IMG/VR virus record: IMGVR_UViG_3300032030_000030
Span: 32,001 to 96,000 of that record
DNA from: a virus
Lineage: Duplodnaviria; Caudoviricetes
DNA: 64,000 nt
Strand: one strand, 5' to 3'
Shown: one piece after another, positions 38,174 to 47,678 of the stretch
Layout of the letters: each line of letters opens with the position of its first letter
Position numbering within the stretch: position 1 is the stretch's first letter
Notes under the pieces: model-generated
The model's database searches: none
Told to the model about the DNA's origin: nothing
What the model saw: only the letters and a program-made list of their open reading frames with translations
Translations under genes and position numbers: made by a program

Positions 38174-38212
38174 TGCAGATTGTCAAGAGAGTTTGTGTTG
38201 CATAACTTTGCA
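38174..38212 (+). promoter_or_regulatory. Bacteroidota-type promoter within imperfect inverted repeat
   Basis: TAACTTTG 38203-10; ATTG 20 nt upstream. Confidence 0.6.
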
Positions 38213-38239
38213 GTGCAAACTTTTAAAATAACAATAACT

Positions 38240-39130
38240 ATGGCAGAGATTTTATCTGTACCTGATGGCAATCAGGGTATTCCATTCAGCATTCCAATTG
38301 GAGGCAACGGCAACGGCCTCTTTGGTGGTGGCAATACAAACCTTATCGACATCCTCGGATTTGCGATAATCGCGTCTATGTTTGGCTGGAACAACGGCGG
38401 CTTTGGCGGATTCGGTGGCAATGGCGCGAATGGCGCAGGCTTCATAAGCAATCAACTCAACAACGAAAATGGCAGACAACTTATAATGCAGGCTGTAACA
38501 GCAAACGGTGAAGCACAGAGAACTGCAATCCAAAGCCTTGCTACAACAATAGGTCAGGATTTCAATCTTGTAAACGGTGCCGTTATGAACGTGCAGAACT
38601 CGCTCAATCAGATTGCAAACACTCAGGGAACTAACGCCTTGCAGATTATAAATGCAATTCAGTCGGGAAATGCAAACATTATAAGCCAGTTCCAAAACTG
38701 TTGCTGCCAACAGCAACTTTTGACAGAGAGACAAACCAACACATTGCAGAACAGCGGCAATGCAAACACTCAGGCAGTTCTCAACAAATTGTCGGAGATG
38801 CAGGCAAACGCAATGCAAGACAAACTCAATGCAGCACTTGCAGAGAATGCGAAGTTGTCAGGTGAACTTTCTCAGTCGCAGCAAAACGGAATATTTGCGG
38901 GAATGATTACAAATGCAATCAATCCAGTAGTTGCACAACTTGCAGGCATAAGAAGTGAAGTTGATGCTATCAAGAGATGTCAGCCTTCTACGATTACATT
39001 GCCAAACAACAGTATGACGGCAGTGCCGACTATCTGGGCAAATGCAGTTGCTGACAATATTGTAGACAAGGTTTCTGCCGCTCTTAATGGGATTGGTACA
39101 ACGCCTACTACTCCAACAGCAAATGCGTAA
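38240..39130 (+). CDS. Gly/Asn/Gln-rich protein with TM segment and CCC motif
   Basis: ILGFAIIASMFGW then GGFGGFGG; QNCCCQ; coiled coil. Confidence 0.75.
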   Translation: MAEILSVPDGNQGIPFSIPIGGNGNGLFGGGNTNLIDILGFAIIASMFGWNNGGFGGFGGNGANGAGFISNQLNNENGRQLIMQAVTANGEAQRTAIQSLATTIGQDFNLVNGAVMNVQNSLNQIANTQGTNALQIINAIQSGNANIISQFQNCCCQQQLLTERQTNTLQNSGNANTQAVLNKLSEMQANAMQDKLNAALAENAKLSGELSQSQQNGIFAGMITNAINPVVAQLAGIRSEVDAIKRCQPSTITLPNNSMTAVPTIWANAVADNIVDKVSAALNGIGTTPTTPTANA

Positions 39131-39149
39131 TTCTAATTCAAGTATAACA

Positions 39150-39635
39150 ATGGATTTCAATTCGACAATAGAAGGGTCTAAGATATATGTCCTTGACAAA
39201 AAGAATTTTAATCTTTCTGTTGGGATATTAAAATCAAAGACCCTTCCAGTAGCAAAGTTAGGAACGCTACAACAGACAATAACAATGACAGTTGATTTCG
39301 ACGGCAAGGAAAGGGTGTTTACAGATGTTCCTTCAAATGCAGACAGCGCAAAGGAAGGCGATTTGGTTTACGCTTGCAATGGAGACCGTCTTACCCCAGT
39401 AATAGACAGTATGGTTTGCCAGTCAAGAAATATATTGGACTCGATACCGTTCCACGAAAGGGTTGTGAATGAGAGTTCGTCGATGAAGAGCATAGTGAAT
39501 CCAAAGATTGCTGAAGATGAAAAACGTCTGAAGGCAATAAAGGATTTGCAAAAGAGACAGGCTGAAACCGACGAAAAACTTGACACCATCCTTAAAATGC
39601 TCAAAGACATAACTGTCGAAAAGAAGTCAAAATAA
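39150..39635 (+). CDS. Hypothetical protein (CCC cassette)
   Basis: Start MDFNSTIEG; C-terminal coiled coil. Confidence 0.7.
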   Translation: MDFNSTIEGSKIYVLDKKNFNLSVGILKSKTLPVAKLGTLQQTITMTVDFDGKERVFTDVPSNADSAKEGDLVYACNGDRLTPVIDSMVCQSRNILDSIPFHERVVNESSSMKSIVNPKIAEDEKRLKAIKDLQKRQAETDEKLDTILKMLKDITVEKKSK

Positions 39636-39644
39636 TGCAAGATT

Positions 39645-39854
39645 ATGGGTACAAGAAACTTTATTATATTTGACGACGAGGACTTGAGGGAGAATATGAA
39701 ATACAATATGAAACTCAAGAGACGTTCAAATACCAGAGGCGGTATGGGCTACAAGGATGGCTATAAGAAAGGCTATCAGCACGGCTGGGAAGATAAGGAA
39801 AACGATGAAGAAGACGAGGAATACGCACGTAAACCAAGTCATTACAACGGATAA
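39645..39854 (+). CDS. Small charged protein
   Basis: GYKDGYKKGYQHG repeat. Confidence 0.6.
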   Translation: MGTRNFIIFDDEDLRENMKYNMKLKRRSNTRGGMGYKDGYKKGYQHGWEDKENDEEDEEYARKPSHYNG

Positions 39855-39860
39855 TAGTAC

Positions 39861-39890
39861 AGGCCAGCCTTCGGGTTGGCCTTAACTTTT
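39861..39890 (+). terminator. Hairpin with UUCG loop, probable terminator
   Basis: AGGCCAGCC-TTCG-GGTTGGCCT. Confidence 0.65.
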
Positions 39891-39903
39891 AAAATATAAT
39901 ACT

Positions 39904-40287
39904 ATGAAAAAGTTTACAAGTGAAGCAAGAAGGGCTTACGAGGACATGAATCACGGTATGTTCTCAAAGAGTCTCGCAGAGTTTGCCATAAGCAATATGA
40001 AAGACAAAAGGGGTGAGAAGGTTAATACTATATCACTCGAAGAGTATAAGACTTTATTGAACAGGCTTGGTCATAAAATTGAAGACAAGTATCTTTACAC
40101 GTCTTGGTACTTGTATAATATGGCTATCGCCGACTACAAGGAAACCTTGCCATCTACGGAGCAGAAGTTTTCTTTTGTAAAGGAGACGCTGTTTGACCCA
40201 GATTGCTGCCCAGAGGCGGTACTTGAATGTTTTGTTGCGAAGATGTGTATTATGGGAGTGCCTATTTACTGGGAAAACTATTTATAA
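39904..40287 (+). CDS. Hypothetical protein (CCC cassette)
   Basis: YEDMNHGMFSKSLAEFAISNM..YLYNMA.AD..GVPIYWE. Confidence 0.7.
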   Translation: MKKFTSEARRAYEDMNHGMFSKSLAEFAISNMKDKRGEKVNTISLEEYKTLLNRLGHKIEDKYLYTSWYLYNMAIADYKETLPSTEQKFSFVKETLFDPDCCPEAVLECFVAKMCIMGVPIYWENYL

Positions 40288-40475
40288 TGAACAAGAAGTT
40301 AGCGGCAGAAATGCTTGAAGAATGGCAGAAATGGAGAAGGGGTAAACCTCCGTATGATGGAGATACCCCTGAAACCTACAATAAGATGCCATACTCCCCA
40401 AAGGAGATAGGAATTGCGTTGGATTACGTAATAAAGATATTGAAGGAAGATGATAATACAGGGGTTCACGATTGA
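40287..40475 (+). CDS. Small hypothetical phage protein
   Basis: TAATG coupling; QKWRRG..PYSPKEIGIALD. Confidence 0.6.
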   Translation: MNKKLAAEMLEEWQKWRRGKPPYDGDTPETYNKMPYSPKEIGIALDYVIKILKEDDNTGVHD

Positions 40476-40953
40476 CAAAACAATCCCATCAGACTGGTGG
40501 GTAATGGCTTATTATAACGTAAGGAGCGAAGAAGACCTTGAAGATGTAGGCAACGCACTAAAAACAGTAGGACTTAATAAGGAATTAATTATAGATGCCA
40601 TAAGGGTACTAAGCACACCAAACAGCGGATATACATTGACTATTAATAAATTGAGTACCTCTATAGTAGTGTTGTCAACAGCAACTAATCGCAAGGAATT
40701 TTTTGATACTTTTGCACACGAATTAAAACACCTGACTGAACATATAGGCTCTGCGTTTGGATTTGACTCCGAATCAGAAGACTCTGCGTGGCTTCAGGGT
40801 GAAATAAGTGGATGTATGTATAAGGTAATAAGGACATTAATGTGTAAAAACAATGGACAGTATATTGGGAATATTGCAAGAAGTCGGCATCCCGACGACA
40901 ACAGCAATAGTGTCTTGGCTTTTAGCGAAAAGGAAATACCACGTAGAGGTTGA
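40450..40953 (+). CDS. HExxH metallopeptidase-like protein
   Basis: FAHELKHL..H..E.SAWLQG. Confidence 0.6.
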   Translation: MIIQGFTIDKTIPSDWWVMAYYNVRSEEDLEDVGNALKTVGLNKELIIDAIRVLSTPNSGYTLTINKLSTSIVVLSTATNRKEFFDTFAHELKHLTEHIGSAFGFDSESEDSAWLQGEISGCMYKVIRTLMCKNNGQYIGNIARSRHPDDNSNSVLAFSEKEIPRRG

Positions 40954-41221
40954 TAATAAAGTTATCGCTAATATGGGTGATTCCTTTGAGTTTTATAAGA
41001 AAGTATCAGAAGACAATAAAGCAAGGCTTGATGCATATCAACAAAAAATTGATGAATTATTAGAAGAAAACTATGCTTTAAAATCAGACTTGTATACACT
41101 TAAAATACAGGTTTCGTTCTTAATGAAGTATAACTGTATGAAGGCTGGGTGTAAAAGCAGGATAACAAATTCGGACGACATCGACCACATAAACGAAAAT
41201 GCCTCAAAACAGACAGATTGA
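40853..41221 (+). CDS. Membrane-anchored coiled-coil protein (holin-like candidate)
   Basis: N-terminal hydrophobic segment, coiled coil, C-x4-C. Confidence 0.45.
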   Translation: MDSILGILQEVGIPTTTAIVSWLLAKRKYHVEVDNKVIANMGDSFEFYKKVSEDNKARLDAYQQKIDELLEENYALKSDLYTLKIQVSFLMKYNCMKAGCKSRITNSDDIDHINENASKQTD

Positions 41222-41307
41222 GACTGATATATTTTATAGTAAATATTTTTGTTTACTACGACTATAATAATTCGTTAAATACGGTATTTTAATGCATTAA
41301 ACAGCAA

Positions 41308-41315
41308 TATATTTG
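41308..41315 (+). promoter_or_regulatory. Bacteroidota -7 promoter element
   Basis: TATATTTG upstream of scaffold/MCP operon. Confidence 0.6.
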
Positions 41316-41340
41316 CGGAAAATTTTAAGGAGAATGTAAA

Positions 41341-42522
41341 ATGGAATTAGGACTTGGTATTGATAACATCCTTTCGGAAGATGAAATAGAGTCTATGTTC
41401 AGTGAGAACGCAGACGACGAATCTTCTGAAACCGAAACTGCGGCTGAGGAATCAGCGGAAGAAGCAGAAGAGGAAACGAGTGAGGATGACAAAGACAAAG
41501 ACGAAAACGATGAATCTACCGAGGTTGACTTCGATGACAAAAAGAAGCAATCAGAGAGCGTAGGTAGTGATGAAGATATAGATGATTCGGGGACTCCTTC
41601 GGACAAAAAGCCAAAAGGTTCTTCTCCAAATAATTTCTATACTTCCATTACCAGGGCTTTGGTGGAAGATGGAGTTCTCGAAATATCTGATGAAAATGAG
41701 ATTGCAAACATTAAGGATGCAGACGCATTAAGAGACGCTATTGCAAAGCAGATTGAAAATGGAATCAGTGAGAAAGAGAGAAGGTTGCAAAAAGCACTCG
41801 ATGATGGCGTACCGCCAGAGATAGTAAAAACGTACAGGAATACCATTGATTTTCTTGATAGTATAACGGACAGTATGTTGGCTGCGAAAGATGACGCTGG
41901 CAAGAAACTGAGGGCAAACATTATTTATCAGGACTACATCAACAGGGGGTTCAGCGATGAGCGAGCAAAGAGAGAGTTGAAAAAGTCATTTGACGCACTT
42001 ACGGATGTTGACGATGCAAAAGAAGCACTCGCATCAAACAAAGACTTTTTTAATAGTCGGTATAAAAGTATGTTCGAGGAGGCTGAAAAAGCAAAGCGTG
42101 AACTCGTCGAGACAGAGAAGAAAAATGCAGAAGACTTTAGAAAGTCTATTCTTGAAGAAAAGGGTACAATCGCAGGATTGACACTTACCGATTCTGTAAA
42201 GAAAAAGATATTTGACAATGCAACCAATCGTAAATGCCAAGGTAAGGACGGCAGAAAATTGTCAGCATTGGAAAAGTATCAGGAAGAAAACCCAAGGGAA
42301 TACGTAAAGATTGTTTCTACCCTATGGACGGTTACAGATGGATTCAAGGACTTTTCTCAATTGTCTAAACAGGCGGTTCAGAAAGAAAAGAAACGAGGAC
42401 TTGCGGCACTTGAAGGTGTAATCAACAGCACTCAGCGAAACTTTGATGGCTCACTCAACTTGGCGACAGGCGTTAATTTTGATGACGATACTCATTTTAG
42501 TGGGTTTAAACTTAATATTTAG
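41341..42522 (+). CDS. Acidic protein upstream of MCP (putative scaffold)
   Basis: D/E-rich N-terminus, helical remainder, crAss-like synteny. Confidence 0.7.
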   Translation: MELGLGIDNILSEDEIESMFSENADDESSETETAAEESAEEAEEETSEDDKDKDENDESTEVDFDDKKKQSESVGSDEDIDDSGTPSDKKPKGSSPNNFYTSITRALVEDGVLEISDENEIANIKDADALRDAIAKQIENGISEKERRLQKALDDGVPPEIVKTYRNTIDFLDSITDSMLAAKDDAGKKLRANIIYQDYINRGFSDERAKRELKKSFDALTDVDDAKEALASNKDFFNSRYKSMFEEAEKAKRELVETEKKNAEDFRKSILEEKGTIAGLTLTDSVKKKIFDNATNRKCQGKDGRKLSALEKYQEENPREYVKIVSTLWTVTDGFKDFSQLSKQAVQKEKKRGLAALEGVINSTQRNFDGSLNLATGVNFDDDTHFSGFKLNI

Positions 42523-42543
42523 AAACTTTAATTGATAATAGAT

Positions 42544-44052
42544 ATGGCAGGTAGTTTGGGTAAGTTTCAAATGAAGGGCTTTACTTATTGGAAGGGTCTC
42601 ACAAGAGAAAACCACCTTGGTACTGTTTTTCAGTTGGAGCAGCAAAAGGCATCGGAACTTATGGTTCAGTTGCTTGCTATGTATAGGGGTAAGTCTTTGG
42701 AGACTTTTTTGAGTCAGTTCCCTACAAAAGAATTTGAAAATGACTCTGAATATTACTGGGATGTTATCGGTTCGCATAGAAGAAACATTCCGTTGCTTGA
42801 AGCAAGAGATGAAAATGGCCAGGTAGTAGAGGCAAATCGTGCTACAAACGTCGGCGCAGGTACTCAGCCTTTCTATCTTGTATTTGCAGAGGATTGGTTT
42901 GCCGATGGTGAGTTCATCGTAGGTGAACTTAACGAGGTATATCAGTTCAGAATCCTTGGCAATCCTATTGCAGAGGGTACGAATTTTGTTTATAAGGTAG
43001 AACTTGCAGGTGGTAACATTGACGGTTGTCCTCCTGAGAGACTGTTGGCAGGTGAGAGATTCTCTATCGAGGCTGCATTTGTTGAGAAAGAACTTTCAAG
43101 GAAGGTTGGTGATGTTAGATTCAGTTCTCCGATTTCGATGAGAAATGAGTGGTCTACAATCAGAATCCAACACAAGGTTCCAGGTTCGATGCTTAACAAG
43201 AAGCTCGCAGTAGGTATTCCTGTTATTACCAACGAGGGTAAGAAGGTCGTTCACAATATGTGGATGCACTACGTAGACTACGAGGCAGAGGTTCAGTTTG
43301 CAGACTATAAGAACAACGCTCTTGCATACGGCAGAAGCAACAGAAACGCAAATGGTGAGTATATGAACATTGGTAAGTCTGGTTCAGCCATCAAGACAGG
43401 CGCAGGTCTGTTCGAGCAGATGGAGGTATCAAATACTTACTACTACAACACATTCTCACTTAAACTTTTGGAGGATGCTCTCTATGAACTTTCGGCTTCA
43501 AAACTTGGTTTTGGCGAGCGTACATTTGTAATCAAGACTGGTGAGCGTGGTGCTATTCAGTTCCATAAGGCTGTAAGAGACGCAGTAAGCGGCTGGTCGA
43601 TGTTTACTCTCAATGGCGATGGTCTTGGTGTTGTTAAGAAGACTTCTTCACCGCTCCACGACAACGCTCTCACGGCAGGTTATCAGTTCACTGAGTACAA
43701 GGCTCCTAATGGCGTTACCATTAAGCTCGAGGTTGACTCAGCATTCTATGACGACCCAGTTAGAAACAAGATTAAGCACCCTGACGGCGGCGTAGCATAC
43801 TCTTATCGTTATGATATATTTGACATTGGTACTATGGACCAGCCAAATATCTTCAAGTGTGCGATTAAGGGTCAGCCCGAAATCAGAGGTTATCAGTGGG
43901 GTCTTAGGAATCCGTTCACTGGTCAGATGAACAACCCATATATGTCGTTCGACGAGGATTCGGCAGTAATGCACAAGATGGCAACATTCGGTGTATGTGT
44001 CCTCGACCCGACAAGAACTTTGAGTTTGATTCCTAATATTTTGCAGGCGTAA
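42544..44052 (+). CDS. Major capsid protein
   Basis: WKGLTRENHLG, LVFAEDWF, IKTGAGLFEQM, KTGERGAIQF, FTEYKAPNG, YDDPVRNK motifs of crAss-like MCP. Confidence 0.93.
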   Translation: MAGSLGKFQMKGFTYWKGLTRENHLGTVFQLEQQKASELMVQLLAMYRGKSLETFLSQFPTKEFENDSEYYWDVIGSHRRNIPLLEARDENGQVVEANRATNVGAGTQPFYLVFAEDWFADGEFIVGELNEVYQFRILGNPIAEGTNFVYKVELAGGNIDGCPPERLLAGERFSIEAAFVEKELSRKVGDVRFSSPISMRNEWSTIRIQHKVPGSMLNKKLAVGIPVITNEGKKVVHNMWMHYVDYEAEVQFADYKNNALAYGRSNRNANGEYMNIGKSGSAIKTGAGLFEQMEVSNTYYYNTFSLKLLEDALYELSASKLGFGERTFVIKTGERGAIQFHKAVRDAVSGWSMFTLNGDGLGVVKKTSSPLHDNALTAGYQFTEYKAPNGVTIKLEVDSAFYDDPVRNKIKHPDGGVAYSYRYDIFDIGTMDQPNIFKCAIKGQPEIRGYQWGLRNPFTGQMNNPYMSFDEDSAVMHKMATFGVCVLDPTRTLSLIPNILQA

Positions 44053-44058
44053 TTAATC

Positions 44059-44089
44059 AGGGTGGGTGATTAAATTTACCCACCCTTTC
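44059..44089 (+). terminator. Hairpin after MCP
   Basis: AGGGTGGGTGA..TTACCCACCCT-TT. Confidence 0.65.
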
Positions 44090-44114
44090 AAAAATTTTAA
44101 AAGGAGAAGATAAA

Positions 44115-45071
44115 ATGGCAAGGACAGCAAGAGTGCCAGAAGAGGCACAGGAGACAATTGAACAGACAGAAAGTATTATAGAAAGCGTAGATGCACCACA
44201 CGGTCTCAAATCGTGTCTTACAAATGAACGAGTAATTGTAAGATATATCAACAGACCAAGCATGATAAAGAATCCTAAACACGTTCTTTATGGCGGTATG
44301 GCAGAGAATGCAGTGATTTCGTACACAGTACCAAGGCTTGCATCGTCAGGTGTTTACGTAAATGTATTGACCAAGCAGGAGAAGGATTTTCTTGAATACA
44401 CTCTTGGTCTTGAACCAAACGCTTTGTCTGTGCATAAAACAGAAAACAATTTTTGGGATGACAGTAATTTCAATGGCATCAATAAGGTAAGGTTGAGTAA
44501 ACAGGACAATTACTTTGATTTGAGAGACCCGAAGGATTATATCAGATTTAAGATTTTGCTTGCTAATAAAAACGCAATCTGCCCTTCGTTGCAGGAATTA
44601 CAAGACAGACCAAAAGCAACATATAGATTCGTAGTAGTAAGAGAAAGCGAGGAGAACAAGGTGGCAAAGCAGGGTATGACAACTGTTATGGCTTGCTACA
44701 AGGAGTACGGCAAGATTGAGGATGACAAGTGGAAACTTCGCACGCTCATCGAACTCATTACAGGCAGAGTTATTGCTGATGCAACCAAACTTGACCAGTT
44801 GCAAGTCAAGATTAACGAACTCATACAGTCGGATTCCAAGACATTCCTCAGAACAATTACTGACGAATACTTCAATACAAAGGTTCTTATCAAGAAAGCA
44901 ATCAGCAGTAATCTTATTTCAAACAGGAATAACTTGCTGTACTACACAAAGGACGGTTCGCCGCTTTGTGAACTTGGTGAGGAATCTACAATGAACATCG
45001 CTGCCAAATATCTTATGAACCCAAGACATCAGGAACTTAGGTTTGCAATAGAGGCGGCAGTAAAAGAGTAA
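44115..45071 (+). CDS. Portal-vertex auxiliary protein (crAssphage gene-75-like)
   Basis: Synteny after MCP; HVLYGGMAE, DLRDPKDYI motifs. Confidence 0.7.
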   Translation: MARTARVPEEAQETIEQTESIIESVDAPHGLKSCLTNERVIVRYINRPSMIKNPKHVLYGGMAENAVISYTVPRLASSGVYVNVLTKQEKDFLEYTLGLEPNALSVHKTENNFWDDSNFNGINKVRLSKQDNYFDLRDPKDYIRFKILLANKNAICPSLQELQDRPKATYRFVVVRESEENKVAKQGMTTVMACYKEYGKIEDDKWKLRTLIELITGRVIADATKLDQLQVKINELIQSDSKTFLRTITDEYFNTKVLIKKAISSNLISNRNNLLYYTKDGSPLCELGEESTMNIAAKYLMNPRHQELRFAIEAAVKE

Positions 45072-45076
45072 GTAAA

Positions 45077-45904
45077 ATGAATATAGTTGAGTTTAGTAAT
45101 CAGTTTGACATAGAGTACAATAACGTGATGTCAAATGCGGCACCACCGATAAATGAGTATGAAAAGTCGGTCTTTCTTACAAAGGCTCAACTTGAATTGC
45201 TTAAAAATTACTTCAATCCAAAAGGCAACAAGTATCAAGAAGGCTTTGATGATTCATCTCCAAGGCAATTTGATTTCTCAAACCTTATGAAGGTGGTCAA
45301 GCCAAGACAGATACTCGCAATATCAGAGGAAGAGGCGGAGGAGAAGTCTCCTCGCAATGACGAGAGGCTTTTCCTTTATCTCAATGAAGACTACGACCCG
45401 TTCGATGAAAGGTCTTATATATACAAAGCACCGAATGATATACTTGCGATAGTAAACGAGAAGTGTTTTGTTACGATAGAAGGAAGGACATATAGGGCTA
45501 ACATAGTTCCAATATCCTACAATGAATATACAAGACTTATTCAGAAACCATACGGACAGCCACTTAAAAGGCAAGTTTGGAGGCTTATGAACAGTTATAA
45601 TTACTTCGACGACAAGACAAATGATTCTGTAACTGACGTAGTTTATGAACTGATAGGCAAGGATGGATGTGAAATATCAGATTATACGATACGATATGTA
45701 AGGAAACCAAGACCGATTATACTTTGTAACCTTCACGACAATTATCCAAGTTGTACAATAGAAGGCGAATATCTTTCGATGGAGTGTGAGCTTGACAGTG
45801 CAATCCACCCAGAAATAGTACAAAGGGCGGTCGAACTTGCAAAAGCAGCATACGTATCGGGTGATACAGAAACAGCAGTGCAAATGGGAGTAAGGAGTGA
45901 ATAA
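45077..45904 (+). CDS. Tail ring/adaptor protein
   Basis: EFSNQFD..YEKSVFLTKAQ..YVRKPRPIIL..ECELD..IH.EI. Confidence 0.75.
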   Translation: MNIVEFSNQFDIEYNNVMSNAAPPINEYEKSVFLTKAQLELLKNYFNPKGNKYQEGFDDSSPRQFDFSNLMKVVKPRQILAISEEEAEEKSPRNDERLFLYLNEDYDPFDERSYIYKAPNDILAIVNEKCFVTIEGRTYRANIVPISYNEYTRLIQKPYGQPLKRQVWRLMNSYNYFDDKTNDSVTDVVYELIGKDGCEISDYTIRYVRKPRPIILCNLHDNYPSCTIEGEYLSMECELDSAIHPEIVQRAVELAKAAYVSGDTETAVQMGVRSE

Positions 45905-46596
45905 TGGACATACATGAGTTTAGCGACCAGTTCGACGTAATGTTGAACACCTTCGGAGAAGGAACATATATAGCGTTGGACGAATACGAGAAGTCAGTAT
46001 TCCTCACCCAGGCGCAGCAGAAAGTAGTGGAAACTCTTTATAATGGCAACGCTGGCTATTCGTTTGAAGAGAGTGAAGGATTAAGAAGATGTCTAAGTTC
46101 TCTTGTTAAGACGATTGAAATACTTGATACAGTTCCACAGCCATTGATAAAGCCGATTAGTAAGAACTCTTACTTCTTTATGTTGCCAGACGACCTCTGG
46201 TTCATAACATACGAGAAGGTTACTATAAAGGCGGACAATGAATGTATGAATGGAAAGGAGCTTGATGTTATGCCTGTTACACAGGACGAGTATTTGAAAA
46301 CAGCAAGGAACCCATTTAGAGGAGCGAACAACAGAAGAGCCTTACGGCTTGACGTAGAAAAAAATATTGTTGAGATAGTTTCAAAGTATAGGGTTGACAA
46401 ATACCTTGTGAGATATATAAGGAAACTTCATCCTATAATACTTACGAATCTACCAGATGGACTTACAATACAAGGCGAAAGTATAATAACGGAGTGCGAA
46501 CTGCATCCTTCCTTACATGACGTAATACTCAATGAAGCGGTAAGGATAGCATTGAAAACAAAAAGCCTTGGTGCTAATGCAACGCAACCTTCGTAA
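45904..46596 (+). CDS. Tail ring/adaptor protein, paralog of previous gene
   Basis: EFSDQFD..YEKSVFLTQAQ..YIRKLHPIIL..ECELH..LH. Confidence 0.75.
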   Translation: MDIHEFSDQFDVMLNTFGEGTYIALDEYEKSVFLTQAQQKVVETLYNGNAGYSFEESEGLRRCLSSLVKTIEILDTVPQPLIKPISKNSYFFMLPDDLWFITYEKVTIKADNECMNGKELDVMPVTQDEYLKTARNPFRGANNRRALRLDVEKNIVEIVSKYRVDKYLVRYIRKLHPIILTNLPDGLTIQGESIITECELHPSLHDVILNEAVRIALKTKSLGANATQPS

Positions 46597-46609
46597 AATA
46601 ATTTGACAA

Positions 46610-47620
46610 ATGGCACAGTTTAGTACAAATCAAGTAAGGCACGTTTACGTTGCCAAAGCATTGAAGTCGAACGCCGCAGGTGTTACAAGCCTCGGAGACC
46701 TTGCTGTTATTCAGGCAAAGGATTCTACTGGTAAGAATACCAAAGGCTTTTACCTTTTGACTAAGGGTTACGGTGGTTTGACTCGTTCGGACATTGTAGA
46801 GGAGGGTAAGATTGAGTATATCACTTCCACCGCAGCTGCAAAGATGGCTCATAAAAAGAAAGAATACACACTTTCACTTAAGAGCGACACAGCACTTTGG
46901 TCGTCTAATGCAGTTACTGCAAAGTTTGCTAATCAGGATATTCTCGTGAGAATGTATTTCAAGCAGTATATCAGCATCGGCGAGGAAGATACCTATCAGA
47001 AGTACGGAGTAGTTCACACCTATACTGGCATGACCAAGGCTCAGTTCATTCAGACCCTTTATGAATCCCTTGAGGCAAATATGTCGAGAGAGTCTGACAA
47101 GATGGTTGAGTTTGAACTCACTGGCGCAACCAACGGTACTGCGTCGAACACTTCAACAATCGTAATCAAGGAAAAGGAGCCTGATTGGGTTCTTGGTGTA
47201 AGACAGCAAGCCTGGACAAACTTCGAGGTTGCTGCAAGCAAGGCTGAGATTGATGGTGCAGAAGTCAATGTGTTTACCACAGACGCAAATGGTTTCATTC
47301 CTTCTGACTTCAACGGAGGCACAGTATCTAATAGCAAGGTGATTGCAGACCTTGAATACTTCGCTATGGGTGACAGGGCTGACCTTTACAGAAATCTTGG
47401 TTGGCCGAATGTACGTCCTTCCAAGCTGCTTGTAGATGCAGATGCTGCAAATGGTTATGACCTTGTAGATATTGTCTACTATTTCAGCGGCCCAGTAGAG
47501 GATGTTCAGAGGTCGAGGAAGCAGATGACAATTGTTGCTCCTGCTGGCAGTGGTGCTGCTATCAAGACAGCAATTGATGCGATTGTTAATCCGACACCCA
47601 CGGCAGGCGGTGGCAATTAA
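46610..47620 (+). CDS. Auxiliary capsid/structural protein
   Basis: FSTNQVRHVYVA, IADLEYFAMGDRADLYR; high-expression codons; synteny. Confidence 0.7.
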   Translation: MAQFSTNQVRHVYVAKALKSNAAGVTSLGDLAVIQAKDSTGKNTKGFYLLTKGYGGLTRSDIVEEGKIEYITSTAAAKMAHKKKEYTLSLKSDTALWSSNAVTAKFANQDILVRMYFKQYISIGEEDTYQKYGVVHTYTGMTKAQFIQTLYESLEANMSRESDKMVEFELTGATNGTASNTSTIVIKEKEPDWVLGVRQQAWTNFEVAASKAEIDGAEVNVFTTDANGFIPSDFNGGTVSNSKVIADLEYFAMGDRADLYRNLGWPNVRPSKLLVDADAANGYDLVDIVYYFSGPVEDVQRSRKQMTIVAPAGSGAAIKTAIDAIVNPTPTAGGGN

Positions 47621-47642
47621 TCTAATCTAAAACTGAAAATTC

Positions 47643-47666
47643 AAAAGGGTGCTTGCACCCTTTTTT
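47643..47666 (+). terminator. Rho-independent terminator
   Basis: AAAAGGGTGC-tt-GCACCCTTTTTT. Confidence 0.8.
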
Positions 47667-47678
47667 CATATAAACATT

